This document shows positions 27,361 to 39,480 of a stretch of DNA of 64,000 bases, piece by piece. The position numbers and the translations under genes are program-made. The notes under the pieces are model-generated. The model ran no database searches. It had not been told where the DNA came from and saw only the letters and a list, made by a program, of their open reading frames with translations. The stretch is from Adineta vaga (lineage: Eukaryota > Animalia > Rotifera), in assembly GCA_021613535.1 (NCBI GenBank), contig CP075492.1, forward strand, positions 2,852,001 through 2,916,000, in the 5' to 3' direction. The first letter of the stretch is position 1, and each line of letters begins with the position of its first letter.

Positions 27361-29273
27361 ATGAGCGAGGAACTAAAATTATCTAGAGGTAGTAACACTA
27401 CTCAAATCATCTTTGACACAAGGTTATGTAAATGGTACTCGGTTCAAACAAATACGTCTTCACCTCGTACGACAAACTGTATCCATCGAACAACGAATGG
27501 TAACCGCGATTATTATTATGAACAAACGTCGTTAACCTCGAGATCTTCTCCTGCACGAGCAGTCGCAATAGATAAACAAAAAACTCAACAATAGATAGAA
27601 CAGGTCCGAATCCTCAACACGTAAATCAAAAACAAGCTACCACGTGGCAAAACAATGCAAGCAAAGATAATCCACAATGTATTTCAAGAACAGAACAAAC
27701 AGAAGAACAAAACAGTACTCCAATACTAACAGAACAAGAAGAAACACTAGTACGTGATGATATTAATAATAAGGATGACGCATGCTTAAAACGGAATTTA
27801 AATGACAGTGATGATTATACCCTTGTACAATCAAATAAGTCAAGAAAAAATGAACATAGTATCGAGAATAACTTACTGAATTCAAAAGCGATTAACTCAG
27901 AAACTAATATGAAACAAGATCCATGTAATATCCCGCTGGAACAAATATAACGTGCTGTTACGCATAATTTACCGTGTTTCACAATTAATTTCACTAATTA
28001 TAATCAAATTCCGTCAGCAGTAGCTGTATCGGATGCAATATACGCCCATCTCGAAAAACAAAACGTAAGATTATTGAATAGGTTCTCTGTAGTACGATAT
28101 ATTGGCAATCAACTCAAAATGGGAGTGAAAAATAAAGAAGATTATCAGAAATTATGCGACGTTAAGGTGTGGCCAACAGAATTACTAGGTCAAAAAATCT
28201 CAGTGACGATGCTTAAATTTACTCCTGATCAATTTACGCTGGTCGTTCGATTTGTGCTTCATGAATTTTCTGTAGAACATGTCGCTAAGGAAGTGAGAAA
28301 ATCAGCAACTACAGTCGATAACTTTCGTGAAATTGTCTATCCATATCCGCGTGGAACAAATGATTTCCGTTTGAATGTCTCAGATATGAAGGAATATAAT
28401 GGATTATTAGGTTTGGGTCATATAGGGGTAGGAAATAAGTTATGTACAATAACTCCGTATAGACCAGCGAATAAATTAACCTTCTGTAACAAATGTTGGT
28501 CGGTTGGCCATATCCGCAGCAAATGTAGTTATAGCATACAAAAATGTAGATTTTGTCTTGAAGACTTCAGTGATGGGCACAACGAAATATGCACGAAACA
28601 ATACAAGTGCGCACAGTGTAACCACAAGCATTATTCACTCGATGCAAATTGCGAAGTGATTCAAGAATATCGCGCAAATTTAAATAAAGCAGTAAAACAA
28701 GCAACAATGGATGGCATAATTAAACCGACACAAACTAAAGCACAAAGAACGACAGCGCCGCAACACTTTAAACCCAATATGGATATGTTCCCACCACTTC
28801 CTGGTGCAACTACTCAACAATCGTATAAACCAGCGCCATGGAAGATCGTGACGGCACCAGCTCAAATGCAATTATCAAATCAGAATAAATCGACAGATAT
28901 CACGAATCAACAACTACTCGACAAATTCTGTCTACACCTGGATGATAAACTCAGTAAAATAAAGGATCAAATAACTAGTCTAGAACATAAATCAAATCAA
29001 AATGATAGAATGGGAGTAGAACTTCGTCAACACTTAACGAATCTGCTGGGCCTTGTGAAACGCCTAGTTACAGACATCGTACCTCCAATCGTGAAATCTA
29101 CCTTCACTAAAGACACTAAAACAAAAAAATCGGTTGAAAAATCAACATCGGAAATCAACGATCAGATCGAAGCTATATGTATGGATATAGGTTTAAATAA
29201 TACAACAGCTGAAACGAAAAATAAAGAAGGTGATCAACTTCAGGTAGAAAATCTAAACAATTCAAGAACTTAA
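27361..29273 (+). pseudogene. LINE ORF1 (gag-like) with three zinc knuckles and a coiled coil; stops in its N-terminal part
   Basis: CNKCWSVGHIRSKC, CRFCLEDFSDGHNEIC, CAQCNHKHYSLDANC. Stops at ~27592 and ~27948. Confidence 0.85.
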
Positions 29274-29398
29274 ACTATCAAAATGCTTCTGCTTTTGCAT
29301 GTGCCTATGATAAGAATTCAAATTCAATCGAGAAAGTAAAAGAAAGACTTAGTAAGTGTAAAGTAGCAGACAAAGATAAGAAACAGTTAGTTCACCTT

Positions 29399-32232
29399 AT
29401 GACTGAATGGTATACAGCCCCAACCATAAATTACATCCTGACGAAGTGGGAAGAGCATAACAGAAAGAACGAAAACGAGTTAAGTAAACATGTGGTTCCC
29501 ATGACCTTTGTGTTGCATAATGTGGAAGGATTAGGCACAAGAAATCTAGAAGTGATTGAACTCATAAACAAAACCCAAGCATCTTTTGCTATATGTACAG
29601 AAGTAGGTGGAATTTGGAACAAGTACCAGATTCCAGAGTACAACATGTTTTATGAGAAAGGTACAAACAAGAATGGAGGAGTTGTAATTGTAGTAGGAAA
29701 ACATCTGAAAGCAACTAAATTAGAAACGAATATGGCTAAAACGCTTATTATAGATATATTTGGCCTAAATGAGCCACTGTGTGTTATAGGAGTATACTGG
29801 CCCGATAGTCAGAAAAGGGATATAGAAGAAATATCTCAATTTATTACGAAGAATACCATAATCGCTGGGGATTTTAATGCATCTGTGAAACAATGGAACA
29901 GTCCAAATACCGATAAAAGAGGTGAAATTTTAGAGAAATGGTGTACAGAAAATAACTTAGAGTACATAGAAGGTACAATGAATTCATCAAAACGGTCTAA
30001 ATGTAACATCGACTTTAGTTTCACAAATTTTCCGGGTATTACAGGAGAAACTTTGGAATTCGGAACTAGTGATCACTGGCCTCTAATGTATAAATCTGAG
30101 TATGTAATGTTCGAGACAATGAATCAATTTGAAATAGTATATTGGACACAATACGAATTAGCACTATGCTTACTACAAGACTTCTGGATTGAGCAACAGA
30201 AGGAAATGAAATCACTAGAATGGTATAGACTCTATATTAAATTTCTAACGGCTCTCAAAAATAGGCTAACAAAATGGCTAGATAAAGAAAAATGAGAAGG
30301 ATAAAAAACAGATTTCATAGAAATTGTCGAGAAGAAGATAGGCTACTGCTGCGTCATTGGGCCAGAGAAGTAAGGAAAGAAATAAATGAATATAGAATAA
30401 ATAGATGGAACGCATTTCTCGGCAATGTTCAAAATAATTATGGAAGAGATACATCAAATTTTTGGAAATTTCTATCTAGAATATATAGACCATCTGCGGT
30501 ACCGTTCAATAAACTAACAGTTAATAATAAACAATTAGATTCTTCTTCGGAAATAGTAAATGAACTGTCAAAATACTATGAAAATCTCTTCACACAACCA
30601 TGTGTAAGTCCAGCCGACCAACATACAACCCAAATAGAACAAGAATTTGATGAAATGCAGATCCAACTTGATACATGTAAAATGAAAGTAAAGCCTACAA
30701 GTATAGCCGAGATAAAGGAGATAATCAAAAAGTTGAAACCAAAAAAGTCGGCAAGAGTAGACAACATATCGAACTTCATGATAAAGAAACTCCCTCCAGG
30801 GTATATAGAATGTCTCTGTGTATGTTTTAATGAATGGATAAAGAAAAGTCTATTTCCGGAAGATTGGAAATTAGCCAAGGTGGTTCCTTTAAATAAACTA
30901 AAAGCTGGAATACCAACCAGCGAGCAAACTAGACCTATTTCTCTACTCGCAACACATTCGAAAATATACGAGAAAATTATATTAAACAGAGTCCAAGAGT
31001 GGGCGAACGTAAATAATATCGTGCCGCAAGAACAATCCGGATTTAGGAAAGGTTGCCAGTTGCAAACAAGAGTGTTATCAATTTTTCAAGAAGTTAAAAA
31101 CAATCTAGACGGTAATGTTCCAGTCCTAGGACTGTACGTAGATTATAAAAAAGCGTATGATTTAATGTGGCACAAAGGACTAATCGTGAAACTACATCGA
31201 ATGGAAATTCCGCTAGAACTGCTAAAGATTCTAGGTAACTGGCTAACGAACAGAAACGCGTATATAAGTTTTGGTAAGACCAAATCGAATATGTTTCGCA
31301 CCCAAATAGGTCTCCCACAGGGTAGCGCACTTAGTGCTTTTGTTTTTATAGTATATCATGCCGACCAAATCAAAACGACGAATGCCTTCTCTACTCATAT
31401 TTTTGCTAACGATCTATGTACACTGATAGTTCCACCAGTCTATAAGCAATATAAAAAAATGATGGAATTCATCGAGATTGAGAGGACAAGAATATGTCAG
31501 AATCTGTATGACTATGCCTGTAAATGGTATCAACCTATAAATGTGACGAAAACAGTTTTCCAGATGTTTCATACTCAAGTGAAGGAAAAGGAAATTGAAG
31601 TCTCGATGGATGTCAAGAAGCTTGAAAAAGTTAAACTCTTTAAATATTTAGGATTTACCTGGTCAGATAGATTGTCATTAAAACCTACAGTCGATTTATG
31701 TTTGGAACAGATCCAAAAATCTTATAGTAAACTAAAATGGTTAGAGAGAAATAAAAATATATCAACAAAAGTACTAAGAACTTGGTTTTTCGCATACTCT
31801 TTTCCTTTTTTTACGTGGATGTTCTCCTTTTTCCCCTTACTGCCAAAAACACAACAAGAGCTCATCCAGAGAAAATATAGAGTTTGATTGAGATTAATAC
31901 ACAGATGCCCGTTCGTAAAAGCAACTGATATAATCAAATTCACCAAAGAGAAAACACTTGAACAAGACATCAGTAAATATCTGAGAAAAAGATTAGCAAA
32001 TGCACATAAAACTGATCTGGGAAGATCATATTTCTATGGAGATCCATTTCATTGGAATACTTTCATTAGCCATAAAACAAAGAGCAACAATAAAGGAAAC
32101 TCCTTAGGAGTCGGGCACTTATATAGATTAGCCCGGATAACAAAAATGTGTCAAAGACATGAGTCATACGTAATAACATGGATCAACTTTATAGATACTC
32201 ATGAGAAAAATTTGAGAAAGAGAAAAAAATGA
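29399..32232 (+). pseudogene. LINE ORF2: AP endonuclease plus reverse transcriptase, disabled
   Basis: Endonuclease motifs HNVEGL, GGVVI, IAGDFNA, IDFSF, SDHWP. RT motifs QSGFR, VDYKKAYD, GLPQGSALS, FAND (instead of FADD), KYLG. Frame break near 30292 and TGA at 31885. Confidence 0.92.
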
Positions 32233-32404
32233 GTATATAGATAAGAAAGAACGAGAAAAAAAATACATAGAACTAAAACAAGAGGAAAGAACAAAAGAAA
32301 AATAGTACAAATACACTCAGCAACGAGTATGATCTCTCACAATCCAAAAACAGAAAAACAGAAACGGGGTACTAGCTGCACATATCAAAACACATCAAGC
32401 ATAA

Positions 32405-32791
32405 ATGGAGCAGCTCCTGATTTGTATCGTAACAATCAGTTTGTGTTTTACATGGGTTACGTGCATATCTATTTTTGGTCATGAACAAACCTGTAGGGTA
32501 CAGATTGACAATCATCAGGCCGAAATAAAAGCAATGTTCGAGAAATAGAATCAGTTCAACCTGAATAACTGGTCACATTTGGCGAAAATAGTTATTATTG
32601 GAATTATGTGCGTTTTGTTGATTACAATATGTTGCTATATTCGAGTAAAATTTTGGAAGATCCTAAGAATTTCTCAGAATCGGATGTCCCACTCTCAAGC
32701 AGCGCAATTTGATAACAAGGAAAAACCTTTCATCATCTTTACAAAGGATAAACATAACCAATTCATTAAGGAAGAATGCCAAGAAGTATAA
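32405..32791 (+). pseudogene. Putative LINE ORF3: small signal-peptide plus single-TM protein with one internal stop
   Basis: MEQLLICIVTISLCFTWVTCISIFG...MFEK*NQFNLNNWSHLAKIVIIGIMCVLLITICCYIRVKFWKILR..., all in one frame, with TAG at 32546. Confidence 0.5.
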
Positions 32792-35376
32792 GGACTAATG
32801 GTTTAGCTTTCCAGGCAGGTAATTAAAGTAATTATTCAAGATTGGATTCGAGAAACTTTAGCTTTGCTAGCATAATATAAGAAATATGTTACCGCATTTT
32901 TGTCTGTTTTGTTTTTCTCTCTCGCTCTCACTCTTTGGTTGGCATGTGTTAGCCTTGTGCTGTGTCTTCGGTATACATTCTTTTCATTTTTCACTTTTCA
33001 TTTTTCTTTTTATTTTATCTTCAATTTTATATGCTTATCGCAGTCTTTTTCAAGACTGTTTCATACTTTTATGGTAAAGCATGTTTCAGGGTTCGGTGTG
33101 CTACGCCTTCCTATGCTCAATGTCATGTATGCAATCAACCTAGTATTACAAAAAGTCTCGAGCGCTTCCGAGCGATGGGACTAAAATAAAGCATAATAAA
33201 AAAAATTGAGAAAATGTATACGTGACTGCATTGTCTTTCCACAAAAAGGACATCGACCACATCCAAATGAAATGTCCGGATCGGATTTGGATGGTGATCA
33301 ATATTGGGTAAAATAATTGTCTTAGAATTTCATCAAGCATGTCTTTTTTCTGCTTCTCCATAGGTGTATTGGAGTAACTTACTGAAAATTAGACAAATGG
33401 ATGAGCCATTCTCGTATGACACTGCAAAAAAAGCAGTAGTACCCAATGTAACTCGAGCAATTATTGTTGATCATATCAATGATTCATTTGATGCTGCATC
33501 TCCGGGTATTATTTGTAGTGTTCATTTAGCTATTGCTGATTCTCATCCAGCACATACGAGATCCAATGAATGTAAATATCTAGCAGAATTATTTGCACGC
33601 GCTGTTGATGCACCAAAATCAGGTGAAAAGATTGATTTAGAACGAGTTTATGAATTACGATTAGAACATATTGATGGATATGGATATCCGTTATTTATGA
33701 AATGAACAGATAAAAGAATACGCGATTCGAATAGTATTTCAAATAAACTATATATAGCAGCGAGACATCATTTCTTTTCAAAAATAAATCTATAGAATCA
33801 CCACACGCATCATCGCCAATAACTAAATCACTAGAACAAGGAAAATTAAAAATTAATTCCCAAGATAAAGAATTTGAACAATGGCTTGCTTTACATGACG
33901 TTGAAATATCAAATGATAACAACATTCAATCAAAACCTACTGTAGATAAGCCACGTAGAACAACTGAACTCACTCAAGATTCAGATTTATCCGCTCTTAC
34001 AGTAGATCCACTAAAAAGGAAAATCAAGATCATCTGTAAATTCTCGAATTTCCGAAGTATTACCTAATACACATGATATATTCGCTAGAAAACCCAAATC
34101 AACAAGAAGACGACAAGCTTCGATAGATTCACGAACAACAACTAAGGATGTAGTAGCACCAACTTCAGGCGCGGCTTTTCTTGGTTTACAAACATCAGAA
34201 CAATTAGAAGGTCGAACAAATACAAACGCTAAAAAACAAACAAAATTAGAAGCATCGAATACTCCACGAAAACTCATTATGTCTGCTGCATCATCTGACA
34301 TTCCATTAGCGCCATCAATGAATTCATCTTTATTCAATAAAACAATCTATCGAAATCTTGTTTTAAAGGGTATGAAAACATTAACAAATCGTATTAAATG
34401 GACTCCGTCAAATAATGGTTATTTCATTGTTGATCTTGATGCAAAAGATTCAATTGAAAATAATACTATCGATAAATTACTTCCACTATTACTTGATTTT
34501 GGTAAAACATCTTCATTTCCTACAGATGCTAAACTATAACTAATGTGGAAAAGATTACAAAAGAACGAGTAAGTAGAATTGTGTAGTGAGAGGAGGTGAA
34601 CAATCTTACGGTAATACTATAAAAATTTATCATACAACAAAGGAAATAGATTCTAAACATGCATTATTTCCAGCATATGTTAATTCAATATTTGAAAATC
34701 CGAATGGAATTGATCTGTTCATTAGAACTAGTGCACGACTTACTATTGAATATGATTTATTAAAACCTACAGTACGAATTATTTCATTCAAACGAATGGT
34801 TCTTTATAAATTTTTACAATTAGAACAACAAAAATCTAATCTTTCTCAATTTGATACATTAAAAAATATAGAATTGACTTTCTATGAAGTAACATATATT
34901 TCAACGGAGAAAGTCGATGGAGAAGTTCCAGTATGTGAAACAATTTCAAATTGCAAAGAAAAATGAACAAGATTTCAAACAGTTAATGAAATTCTCAGAA
35001 GAATTTTATAATTGAAACTCTTATCGAAATTATATAACTAACTGTGTTTTTGAATTTATTGCACTATTTAAAGATTGTTTCAAGAACTTTTTCTCTCTCT
35101 TTATCTTCATACATATGTAATTTAAGACGAAGAATATCATAGCTATATCTGAATACAAAGGATAAAATATCAAACAAAATTTTATTAAAATATTTTTCAA
35201 TTAATTTAAACATTTACTTAGACAATCTAAAATGAAACTAGACAACTATTGGGATTTTTTCTCACTATAATGAATAAAAAAGAGATCAAATCAAGATGTA
35301 CATATACATCTCGAGAATAGTTCAACTAAAAATAGTAACTAAAATTTCAAATGTTTTAGTTTATTTCAAGTAATTT

Positions 35377-37179
35377 TCATTGTTTGTTTCGTATGCGAAA
35401 TACAAAGCAACAAAGAATAACTGCATCGATAATATGAACGATACAAATAATTCCTGTAAATCGATGTAGTTTCTTGTTACAAAATGTCTTTGATTCTTCC
35501 ATTCGATCGTATTGAATAGTTTTGAGAATATTCAATGCATCACGAAAGAGAGAAAACAAGAATAGAATTAGAAGAACATGAGTAACAACCAAGATAATAC
35601 GTAGAATTTTTACCATGATGGTTAATTCTTTGGAATTTTTTATTTCTTTCAATGGTATCACACTCAAAGCCACTGATGTAACGATGGAAAGTGCAGTAGT
35701 AAATATAGTAATTATTCCAGCTAAATATAAATGAGTTGGAATATTAGGATTAGCCGAGCATTGATTGTGATATCTAATGCCAAAAATGATTTCAAGAATG
35801 GAGATTACCAATGCGATGGCTGCACAAATAAGAATTGGAATCGCAGAGTATAATGTTTGAAATTTGTTAGAACGTCCAGGCGTTGACGAAGAAGCAATTC
35901 CGCTGCCATGACGTTTACGTTTTTGTTTAGGTGATGAAATATTTTCTGTTGTCGTCGGTGTAGCCTTTTGATAACCTTTTTGTGTTCGTTGAGAATTGTC
36001 AAAAGTATATGTGTTACCTGCAGGTTCTGCTGACGGAGTGTTTGGAGGTGTTCTGGAGTGTGGTGACGCGAAAGCAGGTGTTGATGTTTTAGTATCAGTC
36101 ACCACAGGTGGATCTGCTGCTGTGGACGACAGCACAGGTGGTTTCGATACTGATGCTTCCTTTTCTTCTATAGACTGATGAAGATCAGCCGTTGTTGGTT
36201 CAGTTGATTTGATCGGGAATTCTATTTGTGGTTCTGATTTGATAGCGTCCGAATTTTGCGGTGATATTGTGCTATCTCTTATAATTAGCGGATTCTGAGT
36301 CACTAATGATGCAATTGTCTTACTATCCGATGTTGCATGTTGTTCTGGTTCTACTACGTTCGAAGGTTCTAATGATGTTGCTTCATTATTTTCGATTGGT
36401 AAATTGTCAGTACCTGTTGGTTCTGATGATGTTGCTTCATTATTTTCGATTGTCGAATTATCAGTACCTGTTGGTTCTGATGATGTTGCTTCATTATTTT
36501 CGATTGTCGAATTATCAGTACCTGTTGGTTCTGATGATGTTGCTTCATTATTTTCGATTGGTAAATTGTCAGTACCTGTTGGTTCTGATGATGTTGCTTC
36601 ATTATTTTCGATTGTCGAATTATCAGTACCTGTTGGTTCTGATGATGTTGCTTCATTATTTTCGATTGTCGAATTATCAGTACCTGTTGGTTCTGATGAT
36701 GTGGCTTCATTATTTTCGATTGTCGAATTATCAGTACCTGTTGGTTCTGATGATGTTGCTTCATTATTTTCGATTGTCGAATTATCAGTACCTGTTGGTT
36801 CTGATGATGTTGCTTCATTATTTTCGATTGTCAAATTATCAGTACCTGTTGGTTCTGATGATGTGGCTTCATTATTTTCGATTGGTAAATTGTCAGTACC
36901 TGTTGGTTCTGATGATGTTGCTTCATTATTTTCGATTGTCGAATTATCAGTACCTGTTGGTTCTGATGATGTTGCTTCATTATTTTCGATCGTCGAATTG
37001 TCAGTACCTGTTGGTTTTGTTTGAGATACGTTATTTGTTTCTGATTCTATTGGAATCGAAGCCTGATATGGTGATGTGTCTACTGCCGATGCAGATGGCG
37101 ATGATTCGATTATTTCAGACGTTGCATCTTGCTCTGGTGTTACTGAATTTAAACTCTGTTTTGATGCTGTTTCAGCCAT
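35377..37179 (-). CDS. TMEM272-like 4-TM protein with a long acidic repeat N-terminus
   Basis: C-terminal TMs with the pattern QCSANPNIPTHLYLAG and FCNKKLHRF. Likely start is MAETAS at 37179. Intronless. Confidence 0.72.
   Translation of the reverse strand: MAETASKQSLNSVTPEQDATSEIIESSPSASAVDTSPYQASIPIESETNNVSQTKPTGTDNSTIENNEATSSEPTGTDNSTIENNEATSSEPTGTDNLPIENNEATSSEPTGTDNLTIENNEATSSEPTGTDNSTIENNEATSSEPTGTDNSTIENNEATSSEPTGTDNSTIENNEATSSEPTGTDNSTIENNEATSSEPTGTDNLPIENNEATSSEPTGTDNSTIENNEATSSEPTGTDNSTIENNEATSSEPTGTDNLPIENNEATSLEPSNVVEPEQHATSDSKTIASLVTQNPLIIRDSTISPQNSDAIKSEPQIEFPIKSTEPTTADLHQSIEEKEASVSKPPVLSSTAADPPVVTDTKTSTPAFASPHSRTPPNTPSAEPAGNTYTFDNSQRTQKGYQKATPTTTENISSPKQKRKRHGSGIASSSTPGRSNKFQTLYSAIPILICAAIALVISILEIIFGIRYHNQCSANPNIPTHLYLAGIITIFTTALSIVTSVALSVIPLKEIKNSKELTIMVKILRIILVVTHVLLILFLFSLFRDALNILKTIQYDRMEESKTFCNKKLHRFTGIICIVHIIDAVILCCFVFRIRNKQ
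36368..37015 (-). repeat. Coding minisatellite, 12 x 54 bp (PTGTDNSTIENNEATSSE)
   Basis: Near-identical units with NST/NLP/NLT variants and a 54-nt period. Confidence 0.95.
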
Positions 37180-38262
37180 TTTTTGCTTTGAAATAATGTA
37201 AAGTAACAGAAAGAGACCTTGAGAATGTTTGATAATCAGGTAAAAGAACAAAAGAAACCTTTTTGACTAACCACCAATGCTTTTTATATGTGTATGAAAG
37301 AAAAGAAGAAGAAGTAGTAAATAAACTACTTAAAAGTGTTTTAAATTTTTTAACATACAAAAAGACGCAGGTAAAGTTAATAGCAAATACGAATTATTCT
37401 TGTTCATAGTTATTTCAGAACTTTTATTGGACAAAAAATTCAGTAGAAATTATCGAGAATAAAATCTACTATATTAATTGCGATTAGTTATATTTGTTAA
37501 TGATACTACAAGGATTCATGAATAAAAATTGTGTTTTTGAATAATGTAGAAATTTACGAGTATGAGAAAAAGAGACTTCGATTATAATCTATCTCTATAA
37601 ACATCATTAAAACGTCGTGTCTTGAACATATAAGTTTATGAAAATACACTTTCGAACATTATAGTTCTACCAACAAACTTGGAATATGAAAAATAATAAT
37701 ATGAAATTCAAATATTCTCAAAAATTGAAAGAATTAATATTAAGATTAGAAAAAAAGAATAAATTATTGTTTGTTATTGATAACATGATAAAAATCCCAT
37801 GTGCTTATCAGCTACTAAAAATACCCATAGAAGAGTAACTCTCATACTACGAAATTATAAAACACAAGAAATATTCTTCACAGGTTTAAAAGAATGAGAA
37901 TAAACATAAATTCAATGTTCTTATTATTCTACTCATCTTATAGATAATTATTTTCTTTCGTTATTCAACATATTTTCCATGACCGAAAAAAGGAAGATTT
38001 TCCTTCGAATTGTTATTTTAGCTATAAGAATAAATAATTTAATAAAAAAAGTAAGAGGGTGTGGGTGTGGGTGAATACAAGAGTCCCACACTCTCACTTA
38101 TCGGAATTTTTCACGATTTATCCACTTTTACCGTAAGAAATGTCAATATATATCTAACAGTCGAAACATGAAATGCAAATATTAGTAAATATTAAAAGAA
38201 TTTGGTTTTTTAGTCTTTAAAAATTTTTGAAAGCAACGGAAGTCTACAATGATGATGATAAA

Positions 38263-39480
38263 TTATTTTTGTATAATCGAAAACTTGCGTATTTGCATAA
38301 ATTCGTCTACAGTGCCGATTACGATAATATTACCAAATTTATCAAATTTCATGACTGTTGGAAAAAAAGACTTAGTTTTATGGAAACGATTTTTATCACC
38401 AATAATCCTTGTTTTCTCATTAGTTTTCAAATTTATTTGAGAAATCGATTGATCGTACGTGTCAGTATAATAAAGATGTCCATTACAGCCCATGGTTAAT
38501 CCATAAATATACGTTAAATTACTTACAAGCGTCATACCTTCAAAGGCATTAAATAACCATTTTTGAATTCGTTTATTTTGAAAATCAGCAATAAACAATG
38601 TCAAATCATTGTCAATATAAAACGCAAAGGGATCATACAAATCACTTGATTCATTTCCACGTTTATCATTCTTTCCTGCCACAATCACTCGTTGAGTATA
38701 ATTGCTCGTTGATAACCATTTTATTATATGAAATCTAGTTCCAACATAAATATTCATTTCTTTATCTAATGTTAAGAATGTTGGATACACTCCAAATCCA
38801 TATTCGCCTACTTCACTCAATAATATTCTTCCAAGTTCATCATTTTTTTTCCATAAATGAACACGATAGGTCGCGCCATGTACTGGTTTCGTTATTTCTG
38901 TTCAGTAATCTAATATGTACATATCTTCTGTTTGAGTATCAACAAATATACTTTGAGGTTGAATAAGACCTTTCGAAGCAACAGTTACTTCAAATGCACC
39001 TTGGTGAGGATCAAATGATTGAGTTAATGAATATTTTCGAATACGATTATTCTTTGTATTGACAACATAAAGATTATCATGAAGGTTATCAACAAATAAT
39101 TCGTGTGCCCCGCAAAGTCCACTTCCATTCGAAAGACATCGAACAGAAGAATTTACTAAAATAATACTTTCTTGATTCCATTCGGCATTCATCATTGGAA
39201 TAGGACAAGATGATGATATTACCATTTGAGTTTTTGATACGAATTTATTTGTTGTTGTGTTATATGTGATGTATGTAGTTTGAGTGTATGTTTTTAATAA
39301 AACTATTATAATCACAACCAATAATAGAACTATCACTGTCAATACAGATAGTAAAGTAGCTAAAATTTGTTTGTACGTTACAACCACATAGTTTCTATTT
39401 ATCGGATTATCTTCATTAGGAAGACGAACATAACCAATTGAGAAAGAAGTCGTCGGTTGATCTACTGTGATATTATCCAT
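38263..39480 (-). pseudogene. Type II membrane NHL-repeat protein with a single in-frame TGA at 38902-38904
   Basis: TM segment near the N-terminus and NHL motifs (NLYVVNTKNNRIRKY, PQSIFVD, DNDLTLFIADFQNKRIQKW). The two ORFs share a frame and the 27 intervening codons are open. Confidence 0.75.

Larger units (their letters stand above)
27186..33203 (+). mobile_element. Full-length non-LTR retrotransposon (APE+RT, Jockey/I-like), inactivated
   Basis: 12-bp TSD AATTGAGAAAAT at 27174-27185 and 33204-33215. The 3' end is AATAAA...A-rich. ORF1 and ORF2 are present. Confidence 0.93.
27099..33800 (+). pseudogene. Eukaryotic RNA-dependent RNA polymerase (RNAi RdRP) catalytic region, split by a LINE; a degenerate C-terminal tail may extend to ~34966
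   Basis: 27099-27185 reads GDVLVAKMSCLHPGDFRRLTAVNVPELRK. After the LINE it reads [31 protein letters not shown] (1-nt frameshift near 33245). After an intron it continues PGIICSVHLAIAD...ECKYLAELFARAVDAPKSG...YPLFMK*TDK (TGA at 33703). Confidence 0.9.

Noticed and set aside
36306-37196. Long repeat ORFs in other frames; CRISPR-like periodicity
   Set aside because: They are shadows of the 54-bp coding repeat. There are no unique spacers and no cas genes.
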